Shown one piece after another: positions 26,574 to 36,269 of a stretch of DNA of 64,000 nt. Within the stretch, counting starts at the first letter, position 1. Each line of letters begins with the position of its first letter. The stretch is from assembly GCF_004365575.1 (NCBI RefSeq), contig NZ_SOBG01000003.1:196997-260996 (forward strand), in the 5' to 3' direction. The position numbers were made by a program, and so were the translations under genes. The notes under the pieces were generated by a model that made no database searches, was not told where the DNA came from, and saw only the letters and a list, made by a program, of their open reading frames with translations. This DNA is from Hypnocyclicus thermotrophus. GTDB lineage: Bacteria; Fusobacteriota; Fusobacteriia; Fusobacteriales; Fusobacteriaceae.

Positions 26574-26996
26574 AATCTCCTCCTTGATAACCAAAATCAT
26601 ATTCATTTTAACATTAATGTTGGTTAAATTCAAGGATATATCATGATAATTAATTATCCCCAAAAAGACTATAATCAAAATTTTTACATGGTAAAAGTCA
26701 GTAAATAAATAACATCTGAAATTTATAACTCGAAAAAGCTATTTATTTATCAGCATTTTTACTCTTAATCATTCAATCAATACAAGCAGTATATCAAAGT
26801 TAATTATATTTTGATTTAAATACATCTATCCTGTCTTCTCAACCTACCCAAAAGCAATCCTGTCCACTCAACTATGCCACTTTTTCACAGTGGATATATT
26901 CCCACAAAGCACTCATTTAACAAGGGGTTATGCCATTCTGCAAATCAGCAAAATACACAGAACCCTTTATTTCCTACACTTTCAAGCTTTCTATTT

Positions 26997-28349
26997 CTAC
27001 ACCCTTGACATCAATACCACCGTCTCCACATGGCTTGTTTGCGGAAACATATCTACAATAGATAGATTCATTAGTTTATATCCATTTTCTACTAATATTC
27101 CTATATCTCTTGCAAGTGTAGAAGGATTGCAAGAGATATATACTAATTCATTTATATTTTTATCTATTACTTCTTGCAAAGAATTTTTGTCTATTCCTTT
27201 TCTTGGTGGATCAAAAATTATAGAGTCTATTTTTTCATCACTATTTAATAATTTTGTTAACCCATTTTCTACAGTATCATTTATAAAAGTAATATTTGAT
27301 ATATTATTTTCTTTTGCTGTTTTTTCAGCATCTTTTGAAGATGATTCAGCTAATTCTATAGAAAATATTTTTTTTGCTTGTTTAGATAATATCATTCCTA
27401 TTGTTCCAGTTCCAGAATATGCATCTACAATATTTTTATTATTTATATTATTAAAATATGAAATTGCTAATTCATATAATTTTTTTGTTTGTTCTATATT
27501 TATTTGAAAAAAAGATGTAGGCGATATATTAAAATTTATATCAAATAAATTTTCTTTTATTGTTTCTTCTCCATATAACAAAATATTTTTATTTCCAAGT
27601 GCAAAATTTGTTTTATTATTATTAATTGAAATATATATAGAAATTACATTTTTATATTTATTATAAGTATCTTTTAGTATTTTTTTTAACTCTTTTATAA
27701 TGTTTCCTTTTATAATTACTACAAGCATTATTTCACCATTAGAATTTACTCTTGCCATTAAATTTCTTAACATACCTTTATGTTTTCTTTCATCATAAAT
27801 AGTTAGTTTTTTTTCAGAAAATCTATTTTTTAAATACGTAAAAATTTTATTAATTTCTTTTGGTTGTAGGTAATTATCTTTTACTTCAAATATTTCATGT
27901 GATCTCCTTTTATAAAATCCAGATATTACTTTTCCATTTCTATATCCAATTTGTTCTATCACCTTATTTCTATAATTAAATATTGTGTTAGCTAAAAGTA
28001 CTTTGTCAAATTGAATATTATCAATTTTCGCAATTCTAGAAAACACCTCTTTTACCATTTCTTTTTTATATTCAATTTGTTTTTCATAGTTTATCATTGC
28101 AAAATCACAACCATGATAATCTTCAAAACTTATTTTTTCACTACTTACTCTATCTATTGAAGGCTTTATTACTTTTTTTATAAGTCCTCTTGCATAAGTT
28201 TTTTTATTTGAAATTATCTCCACTTTCAATTTATCTCCTGGAACAGACATTGGCACAAAAATTGCAATATCATTATAATATCCTAGTCCTTCTCCGCCAA
28301 AAACTATTTTATCAATACTTACCTCTATCAAATCTCCTATTTTCAGCAT
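26997..28349 (-). CDS. 23S rRNA (uracil-5)-methyltransferase RlmD/RumA family (TRAM + class I MTase)
   Basis: An N-terminal TRAM-like domain and the C-terminal motif DMFPQTSHVETVVLM are present. Confidence 0.85.
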   Translation of the reverse strand: MLKIGDLIEVSIDKIVFGGEGLGYYNDIAIFVPMSVPGDKLKVEIISNKKTYARGLIKKVIKPSIDRVSSEKISFEDYHGCDFAMINYEKQIEYKKEMVKEVFSRIAKIDNIQFDKVLLANTIFNYRNKVIEQIGYRNGKVISGFYKRRSHEIFEVKDNYLQPKEINKIFTYLKNRFSEKKLTIYDERKHKGMLRNLMARVNSNGEIMLVVIIKGNIIKELKKILKDTYNKYKNVISIYISINNNKTNFALGNKNILLYGEETIKENLFDINFNISPTSFFQINIEQTKKLYELAISYFNNINNKNIVDAYSGTGTIGMILSKQAKKIFSIELAESSSKDAEKTAKENNISNITFINDTVENGLTKLLNSDEKIDSIIFDPPRKGIDKNSLQEVIDKNINELVYISCNPSTLARDIGILVENGYKLMNLSIVDMFPQTSHVETVVLMSRV

Positions 28350-28639
28350 TATTTCTCCTTATTTATTTTTACATATATTATTTCATCTGATATTTCCATA
28401 TCAAGCATTTTTTTAGCTTTTATTTCTATTTGTTTTAAATCAATTTTTTTATCTAATTCTAAATTTATTTTATTTATTTCAAAATTTAACTCATCTATTT
28501 TTTTATTTAGTTTTTTATTTTCTGACATAAGCTGCATTTTATATATAATTGTCAATGTATATCCTATTCCAAATAAAAAAAAGAAAATAAATAAAATATA
28601 TATTATATTATTCAATGTTTTATTTTTTTTCTCTTCCAT
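28349..28639 (-). CDS. ftsL: cell division protein FtsL-like
   Basis: A 96-aa bitopic coiled-coil protein directly downstream of rsmH. Confidence 0.5.
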   Translation of the reverse strand: MEEKKNKTLNNIIYILFIFFFLFGIGYTLTIIYKMQLMSENKKLNKKIDELNFEINKINLELDKKIDLKQIEIKAKKMLDMEISDEIIYVKINKEK

Positions 28640-29596
28640 TTAAATCCTCTCGCAAACTCTAAGTTTTGAAGAATGTGCTCTTCTATTAGTTTTCATTTCT
28701 TCTTTTGAAGGTGCAATTGGCTTTCTTGTAATTAATTTTATACTTGCTTTATGATTACATACACATATAGGTATTTCCGGTGGACATATGCATTCTTTAC
28801 TTAATTTTCTAAACTTTTCTTTTACTATTCTATCTTCTAATGAATGAAAAGTAATTATAGCTAATCTTCCGCCTGGTTTTAATAAAGAAATTGCTTTATC
28901 AATAGTTTGCTCTAATACTTCTAATTCTTTATTTACTTCTATTCTTATAGCTTGAAAAACTTTTTTAGCAGGATGTTTTTTTGTTTTTTCTTTTATTATC
29001 TTTTTTATTATTCCTACCAATTCATCGGTTGTCTCAATAGGTTTAATTGTTCTTGCTCTTACTATTTCTGCAGCTATTCTTCTCGCTCTTCTTTCTTCGC
29101 CATATTTATAAATTATTCTAGATAATTCTTCTTCTGGATATTCATTTACTACTTCATAAGCAGATAATTCTTGACTTTGATCCATTCGCATATCAAGTTT
29201 TGCATTGTATTTATAAGAAAAACCTCTAGTCGCATCATCTAATTGCTTTGATGATACTCCTATATCCATAAGAATTCCATCCACTTTATCATACCCTGCC
29301 ATATATACTACAGTATCTATATTTTTAAAATTATCTTGAAATATTTGATATCTACCATTAAATATTTCAAGTCTTTCTTTTGCAAATTTTATAGCATTTA
29401 TGTCTTGATCTATTGATATTAATTTACCTTTTTCTTCTAAATTTAAAAGAATTCCTTCTGAATGACCACCTCCTCCAAGAGTACAATCAACATATACTCC
29501 ATTTTTATTAGTAATCAAATTTTGAATTGTTTCATCATAAAGTACTGGTATATGATATTTATCTTCTAAATCCATTCTTCTTTTTATTTCAGACAT
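28640..29596 (-). CDS. rsmH: 16S rRNA (cytosine1402-N4)-methyltransferase RsmH (MraW)
   Basis: It carries the GGGGHSEGIL motif and has RsmH length and a conserved C-terminus. Confidence 0.9.
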   Translation of the reverse strand: MSEIKRRMDLEDKYHIPVLYDETIQNLITNKNGVYVDCTLGGGGHSEGILLNLEEKGKLISIDQDINAIKFAKERLEIFNGRYQIFQDNFKNIDTVVYMAGYDKVDGILMDIGVSSKQLDDATRGFSYKYNAKLDMRMDQSQELSAYEVVNEYPEEELSRIIYKYGEERRARRIAAEIVRARTIKPIETTDELVGIIKKIIKEKTKKHPAKKVFQAIRIEVNKELEVLEQTIDKAISLLKPGGRLAIITFHSLEDRIVKEKFRKLSKECICPPEIPICVCNHKASIKLITRKPIAPSKEEMKTNRRAHSSKLRVCERI

Positions 29597-29696
29597 TCTT
29601 TACCGCCTTTTTATTTATTTAAATTCATATTATTTTACATTATTTTTTAAAAAAAAGCAACCAAGCTAGCATTTATAATATAAAAATGGTCGAAAA

Positions 29697-30641
29697 TTAT
29701 TTTTCGACCAGTATTTCTCCACTTTCACTTACTTTACCGTAAAAAATTTTATTACTTCTCAGATTTTTTACTTCTATTGTTTGACCTTCTATTCCATCTT
29801 CCATTGCAATTGCTACATCTTCTATTTTAATTCCATTATAATTAACTTTTATTTTAACTCTTTCACCTTTTTTAATGAGTTTTTTTATTTCAAAATCACT
29901 ATTACTTAAAATATGATTTTTATAAAAATCATTTTTATAAATCATTGTTTTTATTTTATCTATATCTATTATGTTATTATATGATTTATAATACACATAT
30001 TTTTCTCTTTTTTCTACTTTATCCAATGTAAAAAGCTCTCCTTTTTTTACATTTTCTTTTAATCTATACTCTATTAATTTTGCTTTTACATCTAAAATAA
30101 AATATATTTTTTGTTGAACTTCATTATCAGCTACTATATTTAAAGCAACTCTGTATTTTCCGAGTTTTTTATCTTTAAGTCTAGTACTTTCTAATTCATA
30201 TTCTTTTTTTCCTTTAGTGATTTTTATTTTATTTCCACCATTAATTATTACTTCTATATAATAATTTTCATTATTATATATTTCTTCTACTTTCTCTAAA
30301 ATTATTTTTTTTAATTTTATTTTTTCTATATATTCAAAATTTCTTTTTATAATTATTTTATTAGGTATTACAAGTTTTTCATTCGTAATAGATCTTAATT
30401 TTAAACTTATATAATCACCATTTATTTCTTTTATACTTCCTGGTTCATTTAATTCTGTTATTAATACTTTCTTGGATTTATTATATTGATCAGTATCAGT
30501 AGTTAAAATTATATCGCTTAAATATACATTTTTTCTATTAACTACAACATTTTTTAGTATATTCAATGCAAAAATATTTGTTGTAATAAATAAAAATGAT
30601 AGCATAACTATCATTTTTATAGAAAATTTATTTATCTTCAT
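29697..30641 (-). CDS. flgA: flagellar basal-body P-ring formation protein FlgA-like
   Basis: An N-terminal signal/TM segment and a C-terminal SAF/FlgA-like block (GERVKIKVNYNGIKIEDVAIAMEDGIEGQTIEVKNLRSNKIFYGKV). It is adjacent to flgG. Confidence 0.55.
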   Translation of the reverse strand: MKINKFSIKMIVMLSFLFITTNIFALNILKNVVVNRKNVYLSDIILTTDTDQYNKSKKVLITELNEPGSIKEINGDYISLKLRSITNEKLVIPNKIIIKRNFEYIEKIKLKKIILEKVEEIYNNENYYIEVIINGGNKIKITKGKKEYELESTRLKDKKLGKYRVALNIVADNEVQQKIYFILDVKAKLIEYRLKENVKKGELFTLDKVEKREKYVYYKSYNNIIDIDKIKTMIYKNDFYKNHILSNSDFEIKKLIKKGERVKIKVNYNGIKIEDVAIAMEDGIEGQTIEVKNLRSNKIFYGKVSESGEILVEK

Positions 30642-30645
30642 TTAA

Positions 30646-31431
30646 TTATCCTCTTTTTAAATTATTAGCCATTTGAAGCATACTATCTGCTGTTTGTATT
30701 GATTTTGTATTTACTTCATAAGCTCTTTGAGCTGATATCATATCTATCATCTCATTTACTACTTTTACATTTGATGTTTCTAAATTTCCTTGTAAAAGAG
30801 TTCCTAAAGCTCCTTCACCAGGATTTCCAATTATTGCATCTCCTGAAGCAGGTGTTGCTGCATATAAATTTTTACCTAAATTTTGTAATCCAGCTGGATT
30901 TACAAAATTCGCTAATGTAATTGTCCCTATCTCTTGTTGTTGCCCATTTATATCAACAGTTACAACTCCATCTTGTCCTATAGATAAGTTAGTGTATTCT
31001 GCAGGCACTACAATTGAAGGATCTAATAAAAATCCTTCAGCATTAACTAATTGTCCATTTGCATCTCTTGAAAAAGAACCATCTCTTGTATATGCTACAC
31101 TTCCATCTGGTCTTAACACTTGAAAAAAACCTCTTCCTTCTATAGCAATATCAAGTTCATTTCCAGTGTTTTTAAAATTTCCTTGAGTAAACAGTTTTTT
31201 AGTTCCCACAGCTCTAACTCCATTACCAACTTGAAGTCCTGTAGGCAAACTACTTCCATCACCAGTTGTTGCTCCCGGTGTTTGTTTTGTTGAATACATC
31301 AAATCTTCAAAATCTACTCTACTTTTTTTATATCCTGATGTATCTACATTTGATAAGTTATTTGATATAACGTCCATATTTAGTTGTTGTGCGTTCATAC
31401 CTGTAGCGGCTGAATATAATGCTGTCATCAT
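30646..31431 (-). CDS. flgG: flagellar basal-body rod protein FlgG
   Basis: The N-terminus LYSAATGMNAQQLNMDVISNNLSNVDTSGYK and the C-terminus ISAQRAYEVNTKSIQTADSMLQMANNLKR are rod-protein signatures. Confidence 0.85.
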   Translation of the reverse strand: MMTALYSAATGMNAQQLNMDVISNNLSNVDTSGYKKSRVDFEDLMYSTKQTPGATTGDGSSLPTGLQVGNGVRAVGTKKLFTQGNFKNTGNELDIAIEGRGFFQVLRPDGSVAYTRDGSFSRDANGQLVNAEGFLLDPSIVVPAEYTNLSIGQDGVVTVDINGQQQEIGTITLANFVNPAGLQNLGKNLYAATPASGDAIIGNPGEGALGTLLQGNLETSNVKVVNEMIDMISAQRAYEVNTKSIQTADSMLQMANNLKRG

Positions 31432-31516
31432 AATTAAATCACTCCCCAGTAATTTTTATTTCTCCCTATTTCCTTTTAAATTATCGACTATACTTTACCG
31501 CTACTTTACATTTTTT

Positions 31517-32485
31517 TTATTTTTTTTGAAATAATTCTTTTATTCCACCTAAACTACTCATTACACTAGTAGCTTCATATGGCATAAACACTGTTTTATC
31601 ATTTGAATTTTCACTAATATTTCTAAATGCTTCAATATATTTTAAAGCTACAAGATATTCAACTGATTTTTGTTCATCTTTTACAGTTTCTTTTATTTTT
31701 TCAAGTGCTTTTTTCTCTGCTTCTATTACTTTTAGTCTAGCTTCTGCTTGACCTTCTGCTTCTAATATTTTACTTCTTTTATAACCTTCTGCCTTTGCTA
31801 TAGCAGCATCTCTATAACCTTCTGCTTCTAATATTTGTGATCTTTTTGCGCCTTCTGCTTCTAGTATTGATGCTCTTTTATCTCTTTCTGCTTTCATTTG
31901 TTTTTCCATTGCTACCCTTATTTCAGTAGGTGGTATAATATCTTGAAGTTCTACTCTATTTACTTTTACCCCCCATTTATCCGTAGCTTCATCCAAAATT
32001 AATCTAAGTTTAGTATTTATCTCATCTCTTGAAACTAAAGTTTGGTCTAATGATAGCCCACCTATTACATTTCTCAAAGTAGTTTGAGTAAGTTTTTCTA
32101 TTGCTTCTGGTAAATTTGCTATCTCATAAACTGCTTTCATTGGATCTGTTATTTGAAAATATAATAGTGCATTTATTTCTATTGTTACATTATCACTCGT
32201 TATAACTCTTTGTTTAGGAAAATCATATACACTTTCTCTTAAATCAATTCTTTTTACTCCTTTTGTATAAATAAGTATTTGATCTCCTCTTTGTTCTACA
32301 AAACGCCACGTAATTATTCTAGGAGTATCTATAATAGGTATAATAAAATTAAGACCACTCTCTAAGGTTTTATTATATTTACCTAATCTTTCTACTACTA
32401 TTACTTCAGCTTGTTTTACAATTATTATTCCACTTGATACAAATATAAATAAAAAAATAATTAATATAATTGACAAAAAAAACAT
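31517..32485 (-). CDS. SPFH/band-7 (stomatin/HflKC-like) membrane protein
   Basis: An N-terminal TM segment, an SPFH core, and repeated ILEAEG/AKAEG motifs. Confidence 0.8.
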   Translation of the reverse strand: MFFLSIILIIFLFIFVSSGIIIVKQAEVIVVERLGKYNKTLESGLNFIIPIIDTPRIITWRFVEQRGDQILIYTKGVKRIDLRESVYDFPKQRVITSDNVTIEINALLYFQITDPMKAVYEIANLPEAIEKLTQTTLRNVIGGLSLDQTLVSRDEINTKLRLILDEATDKWGVKVNRVELQDIIPPTEIRVAMEKQMKAERDKRASILEAEGAKRSQILEAEGYRDAAIAKAEGYKRSKILEAEGQAEARLKVIEAEKKALEKIKETVKDEQKSVEYLVALKYIEAFRNISENSNDKTVFMPYEATSVMSSLGGIKELFQKK

Positions 32486-32648
32486 TTACCTTTTCCTCCT
32501 TAATTATTTTGGATATATTTAAAGTTTACTGTACTAATCTCTTGTTTGTCAAATTTATTTTACTCTTGACATTTAAAATTATTTATGATAAAAAATATTA
32601 GCACTCTATTTTTAAGAGTGCTAATAAAAAAAATAAGGAGGTTTATAG

Positions 32649-34601
32649 ATGAGTACAAAAGAGACATTAAGTTTTCAAACTGAAACTAAAAGATTATTAG
32701 ACTTAATGATTCATTCTATTTACACACATAAAGAAATTTTTTTAAGAGAGCTTATTTCGAATGCTAGTGATGCTATTGATAAGTTAAAATTTAAGTCATT
32801 AACTGAAACTGATTTAATTCCTTCAGATTATAAATTTAAAATAGAAATTATTCCAAATAAAGAAAATAATACTATTACAATTAAAGATTCTGGTATAGGA
32901 ATGACTAGAGATGAAGTTATAAATAATATTGGTACTATTGCAAAATCTGGTTCAAAAGCTTTTGTTGAAGAGCTTAATAAAGCTACTGAGACAAATGATA
33001 TTGACATCATTGGGCAATTTGGAGTTGGATTTTATTCAGCATTTATGGTAGCTGACAAAGTAACTTTAATTACTAAATCTCCATATTCTGATATTGCTAT
33101 AAAATGGGAATCTACTGGTGATGGTTCATTCACATTAGAAGAAGTAGAAAAAGATAGTATTGGTACTGAAATTATTTTACATTTAAGAACAGATAATGAA
33201 GAAAAAGAAGAGAAATATTCTATTTATCTAGAAGAATGGAAAATAAAAGAGCTTGTAAAAAAATATTCTGATTATGTACGATATCCAATTCAAATGGATG
33301 TTACAAAAGAAGTTCCTAAAAAAGATGCTGAAGGTAATCCAATAGAAAATGAATATGAAAAAATAACAGAAACTGAAACACTTAATTCTATGCTTCCACT
33401 TTGGAGAAAAAATAAAACTGATATAAAAGAAGAAGAATATAATGAATTTTATAAAAATAATTTTCATGATTGGAGTGATCCTCTAGCTACTATTCATTAT
33501 AAAGTAGAAGGAAATATAGAATATACTGCTCTTATTTATATCCCTAGTAAAGCTCCACTTGATTTTTATTCAAAAGAATACGAAAAAGGTTTAAAACTTT
33601 ATACTAAAAATGTATTTATAATGGAGAAATGTAAAGAATTAGTTCCAGATCATTTTAGATTTTTAAAAGGATTAATTGACTCTAGTGATTTTTCATTGAA
33701 CATTTCTAGAGAAATTCTTCAACAAAATAGACAATTAAATGTAATTGCAAAAAATATCGAAAAGAAAGTTGTAGCTGAACTTAAAAAACTATTAAAAAAT
33801 AATAAAGATAAATACATTGAATTCTTTAAAGAATTTGGAAGAGATATCAAATTTGGTATTTACAATAGTTTTGGTGCAAATAAAGACACTTTAAAAGATT
33901 TATTAATTTTTGAATCGAGTAATTCTGATAAACCAACAACATTAAAAGAATATGTAGAAAGAATGAAAGAAGAACAAAAACATATTTACTTTGTATCTGG
34001 AGAAAGCAGAAGTCAACTTGAAAAACTTCCACAAATGGAAGCCATAAAAGATAAAGGTTATGAAGTATTGTTTTTTACTGATAAAATTGATGAATTTGCT
34101 ATTCAAATGCTTATGGAATACGAAGGGAAAAGTTTTAAATCTATAAATCAAGGCGATTTAGAACTAGATGAAAATAATGACGATAAAAAATTATTAGAAG
34201 AAAAAGAAAAAGAAAATAAAGAACTTTTAGAAAAAATACAAAAAGAACTTGAAGGAAAAGTATCAAAAGTAAAATTAACAAATAGATTAAAATCAAGTCC
34301 TGTATGCCTTGTAAGTGGTGAAGGTGTCTCATTTGAAATGGAAAAAGTGATGAATGAGATGCCTAATGCTAATCCTATGGGCGATGTTAAAGCTGAAAGA
34401 ATTCTTGAAATAAATCCAAATCACGAATTATTTGTTGCTTTAGATAAACTTTATAAATCAAATAATGAAGAAATAAAAGATATTGCATATTTATTATATT
34501 CTCAAGCGTTATTAATAGAAGGATTTAAATTAGATGACCCTGTAGAATTTTCTAATAAAATGGCAAATTTAATAATTAAAACTAGCGGATTATTAAACTA
34601 A
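32649..34601 (+). CDS. htpG: molecular chaperone HtpG (Hsp90)
   Basis: It carries the HATPase N-domain (LISNASDAIDKL, DSGIGMT) and has full-length Hsp90 architecture. Confidence 0.95.
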   Translation: MSTKETLSFQTETKRLLDLMIHSIYTHKEIFLRELISNASDAIDKLKFKSLTETDLIPSDYKFKIEIIPNKENNTITIKDSGIGMTRDEVINNIGTIAKSGSKAFVEELNKATETNDIDIIGQFGVGFYSAFMVADKVTLITKSPYSDIAIKWESTGDGSFTLEEVEKDSIGTEIILHLRTDNEEKEEKYSIYLEEWKIKELVKKYSDYVRYPIQMDVTKEVPKKDAEGNPIENEYEKITETETLNSMLPLWRKNKTDIKEEEYNEFYKNNFHDWSDPLATIHYKVEGNIEYTALIYIPSKAPLDFYSKEYEKGLKLYTKNVFIMEKCKELVPDHFRFLKGLIDSSDFSLNISREILQQNRQLNVIAKNIEKKVVAELKKLLKNNKDKYIEFFKEFGRDIKFGIYNSFGANKDTLKDLLIFESSNSDKPTTLKEYVERMKEEQKHIYFVSGESRSQLEKLPQMEAIKDKGYEVLFFTDKIDEFAIQMLMEYEGKSFKSINQGDLELDENNDDKKLLEEKEKENKELLEKIQKELEGKVSKVKLTNRLKSSPVCLVSGEGVSFEMEKVMNEMPNANPMGDVKAERILEINPNHELFVALDKLYKSNNEEIKDIAYLLYSQALLIEGFKLDDPVEFSNKMANLIIKTSGLLN

Positions 34602-34609
34602 AATATTTA

Positions 34610-34648
34610 ATACACTTCAAATTTTTAATTTGAAGTGTATTTTTTTAT
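34610..34648 (+). terminator. rho-independent terminator after htpG
   Basis: The stem ACACTTCAAAT...ATTTGAAGTGT is followed by a T-run. Confidence 0.5.
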
Positions 34649-34711
34649 TAATTTTCTAATTTTTTTGATATAATATATTTATATAATACTTTAAATAAAT
34701 AGGAGGTTTTT

Positions 34712-35332
34712 ATGAAAATATTATCACGAATCAAATCTTTTTTTACCCAAACTCTTATTGGAGGAATAACTGTTTTATTACCAATTGGAGTTTTAATCTT
34801 TATTTTTAAATTCATTTTTGATTTTATATTAGGTTTTATTTCGCCAATTTCAAATATTTTTAAATTAAGTTTTGAAATAAATAATTCCTTAGCTAATTTA
34901 ATTGCTTTTTCTATTATTATCGCTCTTTGTTTTATTACTGGATTTTTTATAGCCACTAGACTTGGAAACTTTATTTTCTATCATATAGAAAATAAAATAT
35001 TAAAAAAATTACCCGGCTATAAAATAGTAACTGAAACAATTAATCAATTTAAAGGTAATTTCAAAGATTCTTTTTCAACTGTGGCTTTAGCTGAAGTATA
35101 CGGTAATTCACTTTCAACAGCTTTTGTTATTGAAAAGACTGATGATTATTATACTTTGTTTGTTCCAACTGCACCAAACCCTACATCTGGTAATATTTTT
35201 CATGTTCATAAATCAAAAGTTACAATTGTTGATGTAAAAGTAGATGAAGCAATGAGATCAATTTTAGCTGTTGGTTCTGGTTCTAAAAAACTTATTGAAA
35301 ATTATAAAAATAAAAAAATAGAAAATAATTGA
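34712..35332 (+). CDS. DUF502-like membrane protein
   Basis: An N-terminal TM helix and the VIEKTDDYYTLFVPTAPNPTSG pattern. Confidence 0.5.
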   Translation: MKILSRIKSFFTQTLIGGITVLLPIGVLIFIFKFIFDFILGFISPISNIFKLSFEINNSLANLIAFSIIIALCFITGFFIATRLGNFIFYHIENKILKKLPGYKIVTETINQFKGNFKDSFSTVALAEVYGNSLSTAFVIEKTDDYYTLFVPTAPNPTSGNIFHVHKSKVTIVDVKVDEAMRSILAVGSGSKKLIENYKNKKIENN

Positions 35333-35343
35333 TAGGAGAATTT

Positions 35344-36198
35344 ATGAAATACAAATTGATAATTTCAGACTTAGATGGTACTTTATTTAATGATTATAAA
35401 TTTATATCAAAACAAAATCTAAAATCTATAAAAAAATTAAAACAAAACAATATTTATTTTACAATAGCAACAGGAAGAAATCATACAAATGCATATAGAG
35501 CTGCAATGAAAACTAATATAAATATCCCTATAATAACAAATGATGGAGCTCTTATTATCGATATTTCAAGTAATAAAATATTGTTTAAAAAAACATTACT
35601 TCCCGAAATCTCTAAAGAAATTATTAATATTTTAAAAAAACATAATCTTGTATTTTTTACTCATTTATTTAATAATACTGTATATAATAAATCCATAAAT
35701 TTTCCTATATCATTTTATAAAAATATTTTAAATATTAATTTTTTTAAAAGTATTTATGAAATTTCTAAAGAAAGAAAAAATTTTATTGAGCTAAATACTG
35801 AAACTATTTTAAAATTAATACAAAATAATGATGTATTTAAATTTAGTATCTTTGACAAAACTAAAACTCAAGATGAATTTTTAATAGCTAAAAATGAAAT
35901 ACAATCTTTATTTTCTGACTATATAACTATAACTATGATGAATAAATATGGTTTTGAAATAATCCCAAAAGGTATTTCAAAAGCTACAGGAATAGATTTT
36001 TTATGTGACTATTTAAATATTTCTTTAGATAATGTTATAGGCATTGGTGATAATCATAATGATCTTGAAATGATAAAACATGTAGGTCTTGGAGTTGCTA
36101 TGGGTAATGCAAAAGATTATGTAAAACATAAAGCTGATATAATTACAGATAGTAATAATAATCATGGTGTTTCCAAAATTATAGAAAAAATTTTATAA
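35344..36198 (+). CDS. Cof-type HAD-IIB family hydrolase
   Basis: The ISDLDGTL motif I and GDNHNDLEM motif IV are present. The start was chosen at MKYKL, which has a GGAG RBS. Confidence 0.7.
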   Translation: MKYKLIISDLDGTLFNDYKFISKQNLKSIKKLKQNNIYFTIATGRNHTNAYRAAMKTNINIPIITNDGALIIDISSNKILFKKTLLPEISKEIINILKKHNLVFFTHLFNNTVYNKSINFPISFYKNILNINFFKSIYEISKERKNFIELNTETILKLIQNNDVFKFSIFDKTKTQDEFLIAKNEIQSLFSDYITITMMNKYGFEIIPKGISKATGIDFLCDYLNISLDNVIGIGDNHNDLEMIKHVGLGVAMGNAKDYVKHKADIITDSNNNHGVSKIIEKIL

Positions 36199-36223
36199 GA
36201 TATATTCAGTATATTTTAATAAT

Positions 36224-36262
36224 AAAAAACAGACTTTCAATATAAAAAGTCTGTTTTTTATT
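36224..36262. terminator. bidirectional terminator
   Basis: AAAAAACAGACTTTCAATATAAAAAGTCTGTTTTTT lies between convergent genes. Confidence 0.55.
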
Positions 36263-36269
36263 ATTTTCT

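Noticed and set aside
18550-26996. Search for an integrase or recombinase and attachment-site repeats at the island/prophage borders
   Set aside because: No tyrosine or serine recombinase motifs occur in any frame, and no tRNA gene is present. I could not identify direct repeats by eye. A computational repeat search is needed.
26890-27507. ORF 26890..27507 (+), 205 aa
   Set aside because: It runs antisense to the 3' end of the RlmD-family gene, which has an unmistakable C-terminal motif. The frame stays open only because the DNA is AT-rich.
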